Assembly (NCBI GenBank): GCA_016838895.1
Contig: JAEKNU010000018.1
Span: forward strand, 2,207-66,206
DNA from: Chloroflexota bacterium
GTDB lineage: Bacteria; Chloroflexota; Anaerolineae; Anaerolineales; Anaerolineaceae
Reading direction: 5' to 3'
DNA length: 64,000 bases
Shown: positions 18,901-25,154 of the stretch, one piece after another
Numbering within the stretch: position 1 is the stretch's first letter
How the letters are laid out: every line of letters starts with the position of its first letter
The notes under the pieces: generated by a model
The model's database searches: none
Seen by the model: only the letters and a program-made list of their open reading frames with translations
What the model was told of the DNA's origin: nothing
Translations under genes and position numbers: made by a program

Positions 18901-20793
18901 CAATTGCTGACGACTGGTATTTTGAATGAAATGGTAGGCCAACCGCCAACAGTGGATGATTCCGCAGATGATGAAAAATCTGTTGATGAGATGTACTCTG
19001 ATCAATTGCTGACGACTGGTATTTTGAATGAAATGGTAGGCCAACCGCCAACAACAGAAGATCAATCAGTTGACGAAGCATTCTCAGAGGATTTACTCAA
19101 TACCGGCCGTTTACGACAACTCTCTGGAGACTCAGAATCTGCTGACGATATGACAGTAGATGAAGAATTCTCCTCTGAATTATTGACCACAGGCCGGCTG
19201 CGCGATCTTTCTGAAGAGGATGCAGCGGCAACAAATGTAAGTGATGAGGAAGATTGGCTGGCCAGTTTTGCTGAAGAAGATTCAAAAGCATTAACAGCTG
19301 GTGATGATATGCTTGTCGGCGCAAGCGTCGCAGATGAAGATGAAGTACAAGATGAAATTGCCCCGACATCAGATATGCCGGTTTGGTTGACTGAATTAGA
19401 ACCGGAGGCAGTGGAAACAGAACCATCCGTAAAGCCAGCCTTTACGTTTGACGAAGAACCAGATATGACGGCCAAGGTGGAAGAATCTCATCCTTTTGCT
19501 GGGGATGATTTACCAAATTGGCTTTCTCCTGATGTTTGGCAGGCAAATGGTCAGAAGGATGAAACTGCCCCTGCCAAACCACAAGCAGGTGGAGTTCAGA
19601 ATATTCAATGGGAATTAGAAGGCTTGGAAAAAGGTGAATTGCCTTCCTGGCTTCAGCAGGTTAAACCAGATCAACTGGTTACCCAAAAACGATTAACGAC
19701 TGCAACTGCAGATGGCGAGACTCAGTCTGAAAAAGTAGGTCCATTAGCGGGATTGAGGGGTGTATTGCCGGCTCGTGATATGTTAACAAAGCACCGCAAA
19801 CCCCCGGTATATTCTGATCAAATCAATTTATCGGAACGGCAATCCAACCGTATGCAAGTGCTTTCCCGCATGATTGAAAGCGAAGCCAAGAATCGAATGT
19901 TAAAAGTTGGTGAGGAAAAGATTCCGTTCAATATGATGCGTATCATTTTTGCACTTATTTTAGTCATTGTAATGATTTTTCCATTGAGTGGTTTACTGCC
20001 AATTACTGGTAGTTTACCGTTTGCGGCAAGTGATCCGGTGATTGCTTTTTATAATGAAGTTGAACAATTTCCGGCAGATAGTTCTGTGCTGTTAGTGATG
20101 GATTTTGAAAGCGGCTATACTGCTGAAATGCGCAGTTCAATGGATGGCTTATTATTGCGATTGTATGAAAAGAATATTGATGTGGCCATGATTTCTACCT
20201 TACCAACCGGGCCAGTCATCGGTGAGGAAATTGCACAGGATATGTGGTTGCAATATTTCAATGTACATCCCGAAATCAATGTTGGCGATTATGAAACACG
20301 CGTATTAAATATGGGATATTTGCCAGGTGGTTCGGCTGCTATGCTGCAATTTGTGCGTTATCCGCAGCAGAGCGTTAAGTATGGTTTCCGCTATGAAAAA
20401 GAACCGACCTCTGTTTGGCAGTCTCAGGTATTATCTGATATTCAGAGCACCAATGATTTTGCAGGTGTGGTGGTCATTACAGATTCGGCGAATGTAAGCC
20501 GTAATTGGATTGAACAATCCACACTGTATTCCCTGGATAATATTCTCTTCATTACCAGTGCGCAAACCTATCCGCTGATTTTACCGTACTGGCAATCCGG
20601 TCAGGTAAAGGGCCTAATTGCCGGAATTTATCAGGGATATACTTACCGAACATTATTAAATCAATCCACTGGATTGGCTGCCCAATGGTATTCATATCAA
20701 TTTGGTATGAATCTGGTGACCATTGTTGTTATTCTACTGACTGTTGTCTTTATCATTCGTAATGCTATACCACGCAGGAACACGTCGCGTTAA
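15982..20793 (+). CDS. giant acidic Zn-ribbon / PxW[LM]-repeat protein with C-terminal membrane-flanked domain (operon gene 4)
   Basis: 1603 aa. It starts with an N-terminal CSMCGKPNAADESVCEHCGARL zinc ribbon, followed by ~1200 aa that are very rich in D/E. This part carries about 20-25 copies of [PDE]-x-W-[LM] motifs (IPPWLQDV, IPDWMKNI and similar), ~10 MTAELSGLDDEDLG units and 8 DEMYSDQLLTTGxLNEMVG units. A TM helix (MMRIIFALILVIVMIFPLSGLL), a ~330-aa domain and a terminal TM helix plus RRNTSR follow. Confidence 0.8.
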   Translation: MAENRCSMCGKPNAADESVCEHCGARLTPMKPSNAGKFTGGLSWLDAFREETGGPDEGETSVEQEASAEPAATEEDDESPEWLQNIHQRTDSDGAEEDEIEENDEIQLEDQSFVDTQAEGDVPDWLRNLKGDDEQPAVEEEKSEAVDEDIPHWADALRTWDAEETADDDFSVDEESDDGLLESKPRVTEWFNRILPGNEQESHEETEEQVPAAQVPQQSQQPSNFIDDSASSASMDEVEIENWQERSAKLTSVTESSSDEEEVPSWLQGDEETAAEDSSQSVLNWLQKLDEEEGGRQKARYWMGEVDTGDLPAERTLDPRFAEPEEKTESVYDPFSEGDADSAGATQFFSESELAADDMDEESQEPGHTMIFEQPDDDEAIPDWMADQPGGPATLKSGRSAHTVGLSGLDDADLGMDLPEEEQSPWEKAAKEGDVPATSEKPASPKMTAALTGLDEEESGDQEEIPPWLQDVETPTTPVRKETPIMTAELGDFDDEDLGDDTTDAETPPWVQQTPSDREETKPRMPIMTAELSGLDDEDLGMDLPEDEIPPWLKEVEQREEDEKPGTPIMTAVLDDLDEDDEDEETPPWILDTEIPADEKKQSLMTAAKSDLGETSFETEEVSPWMQNIDESTSEAKPAPMMTAELSDLDEGNDGDDEEIPPWMQDVEEVAVPKKGTTMMTAALTGLDDEELDSVDDAALPWMQEIEEVVPPAKSTPLMTAALTGLDDEDLGTDEEPAWMKDIEEVTRPSIETPLMTAALTDLDEEFGDAVADDIPDWMKNIEETQQPPETTQLEHAEAVVKDVKTSPSPKPTFMDDLQEKKEKSPGEPTIDEMYSDQLLTTGKLNEMVGKPGAAGAVEPEEQSIDEMFSDQLLTTGKLNEMVGQPPTVDDSADDEKSVDEMYSDQLLTTGILNEMVGQPPTVDDSADDEKSVDEMYSDQLLTTGILNEMVGQPPTVDDSADDEKSVDEMYSDQLLTTGILNEMVGQPPTVDDSADDEKSVDEMYSDQLLTTGILNEMVGQPPTTEDQSVDEAFSEDLLNTGRLRQLSGDSESADDMTVDEEFSSELLTTGRLRDLSEEDAAATNVSDEEDWLASFAEEDSKALTAGDDMLVGASVADEDEVQDEIAPTSDMPVWLTELEPEAVETEPSVKPAFTFDEEPDMTAKVEESHPFAGDDLPNWLSPDVWQANGQKDETAPAKPQAGGVQNIQWELEGLEKGELPSWLQQVKPDQLVTQKRLTTATADGETQSEKVGPLAGLRGVLPARDMLTKHRKPPVYSDQINLSERQSNRMQVLSRMIESEAKNRMLKVGEEKIPFNMMRIIFALILVIVMIFPLSGLLPITGSLPFAASDPVIAFYNEVEQFPADSSVLLVMDFESGYTAEMRSSMDGLLLRLYEKNIDVAMISTLPTGPVIGEEIAQDMWLQYFNVHPEINVGDYETRVLNMGYLPGGSAAMLQFVRYPQQSVKYGFRYEKEPTSVWQSQVLSDIQSTNDFAGVVVITDSANVSRNWIEQSTLYSLDNILFITSAQTYPLILPYWQSGQVKGLIAGIYQGYTYRTLLNQSTGLAAQWYSYQFGMNLVTIVVILLTVVFIIRNAIPRRNTSR
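17176..18350 (+). repeat. about 10 degenerate 38-42-aa coding repeats (x-MTAELSGLDDEDLG-acidic-IPPW[LM]Q-x)
   Basis: Read from the translation: SGLDDADLGMDLPEEEQSPWEKA; KMTAALTGLDEEESGDQEEIPPWLQDV; PIMTAELGDFDDEDLG...TPPWVQQ; PIMTAELSGLDDEDLGMDLPEDEIPPWLKEV; and so on to LMTAALTDLDEEFGDAVADDIPDWMKNI. Confidence 0.8.
18673..19053 (+). repeat. 102-bp in-frame tandem repeat, 3.7 near-identical copies (core of an 8-unit array 18469-19215)
   Basis: Units start at 18673, 18775, 18877 and 18979, and each encodes SVDEMYSDQLLTTGILNEMVGQPPTVDDSADDEK. Copies 1-2 share gagaaatccgtt...tactcagat and copies 3-4 share gaaaaatctgtt...tactctgat, an AABB pattern. More diverged units flank both sides. Confidence 0.9.
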
Positions 20794-20808
20794 AGGATCA
20801 CGTTGTTT

Positions 20809-21489
20809 ATGAATGCTGAATTTCTTTGGACATTACTAGGATTGCTGCTTACGCTGATTGTGCTTAGCTATCTGTTTGGTGATCACGTGTTCTTCCGCCT
20901 GGTTAGCTATATGTTTGTGGGTTGTGCAGCAGGATATGTGGCCGTGATTGTAATTTATCAGGTTATATTACCGCGCCTGGCCTGGCCGCTGCTATCCGGG
21001 ACGAGTGGTGAACGCATTCTTGCATTGGGTGGTCTGGTGTTATCAATTTTGCTATTTAGTCGATTGGTGCCCGGTCTCTCCCGTGCCGGTAATATTTCGT
21101 TGGCATATCTAGTCGGTGTTAGTTCAGCGGTGATTATCAGCGGCGCCATTTACGGTACGATCATACCGCAGGTTAATGCAGTTACCACAACCATTGATTC
21201 TGGCTTGCACGGCACAACGGTTTTGTATCGTATCCTGGAAGGCATAACATTCCTGATTGGCAGTGTTTCCTCGTTGGCTTTTTTCCATTATGGGACGAGA
21301 GCAAAAAGCCTCGATAAAAAACGATTGCCGATTATTGAATTTTTTGCCCGGATTGGTTCCGGATTTATCTCCATTACATTTGGGGCAGTATTTGCTGGTG
21401 TTTATGCTGCAGCTTTATCTGCTCTTATGGATAGATTGGTTTTCATTCTCAATTTTTTCCAAAAAATTTTACCGGGTGTGTTTAGCTGA
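20809..21489 (+). CDS. hypothetical polytopic membrane protein (operon gene 5)
   Basis: About 226 aa from ATG 20809 (the track uses TTG 20803) with ~6 hydrophobic helices. The stop TGA shares its A with the next ATG (TGATG at 21487-21491). Confidence 0.6.
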   Translation: MNAEFLWTLLGLLLTLIVLSYLFGDHVFFRLVSYMFVGCAAGYVAVIVIYQVILPRLAWPLLSGTSGERILALGGLVLSILLFSRLVPGLSRAGNISLAYLVGVSSAVIISGAIYGTIIPQVNAVTTTIDSGLHGTTVLYRILEGITFLIGSVSSLAFFHYGTRAKSLDKKRLPIIEFFARIGSGFISITFGAVFAGVYAAALSALMDRLVFILNFFQKILPGVFS

Positions 21490-23219
21490 TGACAACAAAG
21501 CCAATGAAAGAGACCTTATCCCTGCTGGCCATTGACCTCGGAACAGTGTATACGAGAGTTTTCCTGTTTGATGTTGTGGAGGGTCAATATAGTTTTATAG
21601 CCAGTGGTGCCGCGCCCAATACGATGAGTAAACCCTATTGTGATATCAATGAGGGTTTGCACAGAGCTTTTACGCAACTGGAAGAAAAAACTGGTCGCAG
21701 TATTATTGATTCTCAGGCAAAATTGATGTTTCCCTCAACAGGCGAGGGTATAGGTATTGATCGTCTGGTATTAACCTATTCCGCTGGTCCTGATGTGCGT
21801 ATGATTCTGGTTGGACTACTATCTGAAGTTTCACTGGACAGTTTAAGAGTTGTCGCCAATTCGGTTTATGGCACGGTTGTCGATGCCATTGGTGTGGGTG
21901 ATCCACGAAATATTGATGAGCAAATTGATACTGTTTTACGGCTTGATCCACAAATTGTGGTTTTTGCCGGGGGAACAGAGCAGGGCGCCAGCCGTTCCGT
22001 GTTACGCATGGCAGAAATGATTTCCATCATTTTAAAAGTGGTACCCGAAGATAAAAGACCGGAAATACTATATTGTGGGAATGCAGCTTTGGCGGAAAAA
22101 ATTAAAGAAGGTTTGGAGCATTGGACGCCGGTAGCTGTCTCGAAAAATATTCGGCCTTCTTTGGATGAAGAAGCCTACATGGATGCGCAAGCTTTGCTAT
22201 CCCAAATGGTATTATTCCAGAAAAGTAAAAAAATTGGCGGTATTGAAGAAATCTCGCAGATTTGCAGTACCGAACCGGAATCAACTGCAATGGGTTTCCA
22301 TCGCATTATCCGATATTTGGGTACCGAGAGTAAAGAGATGCGTTGTGTGCTTGGCGTAGATTTGGGCGCTTCCCATGCGACAATGGCATTTGCGGATCGA
22401 ACACAATCCATTATGGATGTATTTGATTTTGGGCTGGGCACTTCGATGTCAATGATTGCCAGGAAGGCCAGTCTGGAACACTTGTATCAATGGATTACAC
22501 ATGATATTTCACCTGGAGCAGTGCAGGACTATATCTGGCAGAAAAAGTTATTACCGGGGCAAATCCCTTCCAGTACGGCTGCATTGGATATTGAGCAGGC
22601 GGCAGCACGAGCAGCTTTGCAGATGATGATGGCGCATATGCAGAAACGTTGGCCGGAAGAGAAAGCTAATTATGACCCCATTCTTGTTTCAGGCGCAGTT
22701 TTCGGAAATGTTGCTCATCCATCAGATAGTTTACTGATGGTGTTGGATGGTATTCAACCCGTGGGTATAACGACTGTAACACTAGATACCAACGGCATCA
22801 CCGGCACATTGGGTACTGCTGCAAAGATACATCCGGCGATTCCTGTACAGGTTCTGGAGTCGGGTGCATTTTTAAATTTAGGAACTGTGATTTGTCCGCT
22901 TAGTAATGAAAAAATTGGAAAGCCGGTTGTGCGTATTCGATATGAAACCGAAGATGGGCAAAAGGATGACATTAAAGTGATGAAAGGAACCGTTCAACAT
23001 ATTCCCATCACACAGGGAAAGGCAGTGCGTATTATGGTTTCAGGTATTGGACGCACTACTGTGGATCCTTTGGTTGGGAAAGGCATAGCTGCTTTCAGAA
23101 CCATTGGTGGTGTTTGCGGTCTTGTGATAGATGCGCGAGGTAGGCCGTTCGATTTGCCTGTTGATTTACAGGAGCGCCGGGAGTTGTTACTCTCCTGGAA
23201 GAATGCTTTAAAGACATAA
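21489..23219 (+). CDS. GlmL/MutL-family actin-fold (ASKHA) ATPase-like protein (operon gene 6)
   Basis: 576 aa. LLAIDLGTVYTRVFLFD is a phosphate-1 DxGxxxT motif. YSAGPDVRMILVGLLSEVSLDSLRVVA and LDPQIVVFAGGTEQGASRSVL parallel the GlmL blocks SSAAGGLRM..GL..ELT..AA and PDIILLAGGTDGG. A second VLGVDLGASHATMAF motif is also present. Confidence 0.65.
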   Translation: MTTKPMKETLSLLAIDLGTVYTRVFLFDVVEGQYSFIASGAAPNTMSKPYCDINEGLHRAFTQLEEKTGRSIIDSQAKLMFPSTGEGIGIDRLVLTYSAGPDVRMILVGLLSEVSLDSLRVVANSVYGTVVDAIGVGDPRNIDEQIDTVLRLDPQIVVFAGGTEQGASRSVLRMAEMISIILKVVPEDKRPEILYCGNAALAEKIKEGLEHWTPVAVSKNIRPSLDEEAYMDAQALLSQMVLFQKSKKIGGIEEISQICSTEPESTAMGFHRIIRYLGTESKEMRCVLGVDLGASHATMAFADRTQSIMDVFDFGLGTSMSMIARKASLEHLYQWITHDISPGAVQDYIWQKKLLPGQIPSSTAALDIEQAAARAALQMMMAHMQKRWPEEKANYDPILVSGAVFGNVAHPSDSLLMVLDGIQPVGITTVTLDTNGITGTLGTAAKIHPAIPVQVLESGAFLNLGTVICPLSNEKIGKPVVRIRYETEDGQKDDIKVMKGTVQHIPITQGKAVRIMVSGIGRTTVDPLVGKGIAAFRTIGGVCGLVIDARGRPFDLPVDLQERRELLLSWKNALKT

Positions 23220-23262
23220 ACATTGGTAGAAATCTTGCAATAAGTATTTTGGGAAAACAAGT

Positions 23263-24318
23263 ATGTTAGCGAAACAACCCACACTCATTCGACCTTTGGT
23301 AAGAATAACCCGAAAGCGTACACTATCGCATGCGGGTGAGGTTTTGGTATCTGCCGGTCAGGAAGTAAACGGTAGTGAAGTGATTGCACAAACCAATTTG
23401 CATGATCATCATTTATTGGTGGATGTAAAACAGGCTCTGCAGCTAAAGAAAGTAGAAGAAGTTACAAAAATACTAAATTGCAAATTAGGTGAGCGGCTGG
23501 AAGAAGGCGATATTATTGCTGAAACCGGCGGCATATTTAATCGTGTGGTACGAGCACCCATGAATGGTGTTGTAGCTGTTATCTCTGGCGGAAAAGTGAT
23601 ACTAGAGGTACAGGGCAGGCGCGAGCAGCTAAAAGCAGGTTACAGCGGCATTGTTGTTGAAGTGATGCATCGCAGCGGCGCTGTTATTCAATGTCAAGGT
23701 GCGCTGGTTCAGGGTGTTTGGGGTAATCATCAGAGTGGATCCGGATTGTTAATGCAGATCGGAAATGATGCATCTTCAGAACTGGATCCGAAGTTTTTAT
23801 CCGTTGATTTGCGAGGAGCAGTTTTGTTTGCAGGAACATTGCGACATGTTGATGTTTTGCGAAATTTGGCCAGTATGAATATACGTGGGTTAATTTTGGG
23901 AACAATGTCCGCGGCGTTAATTCCGATGGCAATGGATTTAAAATTTCCTGTACTATTAACGGATGGATTTGGTAACATAGGCATGAATCTTGCAGCATAT
24001 CAGATACTGAATACGAACGTTAATCGGGAGTTAAACCTGATTGCCAACCCGCCAAATGAATTAACGGGCAGTAAACCGGAAGCATTTATACCATTACCGG
24101 CAGACGGAGAAGAACCGAATGACGTACTCAGTTTAAAACCTGGCAGAATGGTACGTATCCTGTCTTATCCAAATCAGGGACAGATTGGTGAAATTCTGCG
24201 TATTCATACGGGTAAAGTGAAATTGTCCAATGGTATTTTAGCGCGAGCCGCTACGATACAATTGACAGATAAAAAACAAATTACGGTACCTCTTGAAAAT
24301 CTGGATTTGCTGGAATAA
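23263..24318 (+). CDS. hypothetical protein with lipoyl/biotinyl-like barrel-sandwich hybrid N-terminus and SH3/KOW-like C-terminus (operon gene 7)
   Basis: 351 aa. VLVSAGQEVNGSEVIAQT ... EGDIIAETGG...VRAPMNGVV resembles hybrid-barrel motifs. The C-terminus is LKPGRMVRILSYPNQGQIGEILRI...KVKL. Confidence 0.45.
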   Translation: MLAKQPTLIRPLVRITRKRTLSHAGEVLVSAGQEVNGSEVIAQTNLHDHHLLVDVKQALQLKKVEEVTKILNCKLGERLEEGDIIAETGGIFNRVVRAPMNGVVAVISGGKVILEVQGRREQLKAGYSGIVVEVMHRSGAVIQCQGALVQGVWGNHQSGSGLLMQIGNDASSELDPKFLSVDLRGAVLFAGTLRHVDVLRNLASMNIRGLILGTMSAALIPMAMDLKFPVLLTDGFGNIGMNLAAYQILNTNVNRELNLIANPPNELTGSKPEAFIPLPADGEEPNDVLSLKPGRMVRILSYPNQGQIGEILRIHTGKVKLSNGILARAATIQLTDKKQITVPLENLDLLE

Positions 24319-24350
24319 GCAATTCCTGAACATGCAGTAGGAGAAGCGCT

Positions 24351-24986
24351 ATGTCTAATTTTGATGATAATTTATTTGAAGATTTTGATGCATTCGAGGG
24401 TTACGAGGACGATCAGCCCGCCGGTAAAGCGCCAAAACCCAAAAGCAGCAACCGAAATTTCTGGATTGCGATTGGTGTGATTGGTGTCTTTGTGCTATTA
24501 ATTGTTGCAGCCATGGCAGTTTATATGCTGGTGATTTATCCTCAACAGCGTAGTGAGCAGGTACAACAGGCTGCCCAAATCAATGCGCAAAATACAATGA
24601 CTGTTCAAGCTGCCACCGAAATGGCTCTGGCACAGGCATTATTACAGACCCCCAGTGCAACGATGGTTGTAGATACTGAAGAACCGACCAATACGCCGGT
24701 AGTCGTTTTCCCAACTGCAACTGAAGAACCGACTATGGCAGCCGAAGAAATGGAAGCTGCTGCAGGCGGTGATCTGACCTACAGGACGCAAACCGTGGCC
24801 GCCTTACTTACCCTGGCTGCTGGCGGCAGCGTGGAAACGGGAACGCCGGATGGGCAAACAACAACAGCTTTACCGACGGCTGGTTTTGCGGATGAAGTAG
24901 GTTTGCCTTCGTTGTTTGGCATGGGCGTTTTATTAATTGGTTTGGTATTTGTCGTAAGGCGTTTACGTACTGCTGCATCTTCGTAA
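24351..24986 (+). CDS. doubly anchored Ala/Thr/Glu-rich protein with LPTAG-type C-terminal signal (operon gene 8)
   Basis: 211 aa. It has an acidic N-terminus (DDNLFEDFDAFEGYEDD), a TM helix (FWIAIGVIGVFVLLIVAAMAVYMLVIY) and an A/T/E-rich region. The C-terminus is LPTAG (24870-24884), a hydrophobic stretch LFGMGVLLIGLVFVV, then RRLR. Confidence 0.55.
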   Translation: MSNFDDNLFEDFDAFEGYEDDQPAGKAPKPKSSNRNFWIAIGVIGVFVLLIVAAMAVYMLVIYPQQRSEQVQQAAQINAQNTMTVQAATEMALAQALLQTPSATMVVDTEEPTNTPVVVFPTATEEPTMAAEEMEAAAGGDLTYRTQTVAALLTLAAGGSVETGTPDGQTTTALPTAGFADEVGLPSLFGMGVLLIGLVFVVRRLRTAASS

Positions 24987-25065
24987 ACTGTTGATCGATT
25001 GATCATTCCTGTTTTAGAAATGGGCGCTTTTCCAGACAGGTAGCGTAAGTTTCAATGATAAATGC

Positions 25066-25098
25066 AACAGCGGCTCTATACGGGCCGCTGTTTTGTTT
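25066..25098 (+). terminator. rho-independent terminator of the eight-gene operon
   Basis: 9-bp stem aacagcggc / gccgctgtt with a 9-nt loop, followed by ttttgttt. Confidence 0.7.
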
Positions 25099-25101
25099 AA
25101 C

Positions 25102-25127
25102 AAAAAAGCGACTCACATGGAGCCGCT
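25102..25127 (-). terminator. rho-independent terminator of the convergent mutase gene
   Basis: Minus strand reads agcggctc-catgt-gagtcgct (8 bp including one G-U) followed by TTTTTT. Confidence 0.6.
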
Positions 25128-25154
25128 ATTTACTGGATAAATCATAATTCAATA

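Noticed and set aside
18617-19081. Regularly spaced near-identical repeats that could superficially resemble a CRISPR array.
   Set aside because: The period is 102 bp with no unique spacers between the repeats, so the whole unit repeats. The array is in frame within a long ORF, and no cas genes are nearby.
16124-19475. A series of 90-165-aa minus-strand and off-frame ORFs (16124-16537, 16682-16984, 17015-17434, 17514-18011, 17999-18355, 18617-19081, 18793-19065, 19062-19475, 19097-19426).
   Set aside because: All lie inside the 1603-aa plus-strand gene. Their translations are low-complexity (Ser/His/Leu-rich) mirror images of the GA-rich acidic repeats, and the repeat periodicity is explained by the sense frame.
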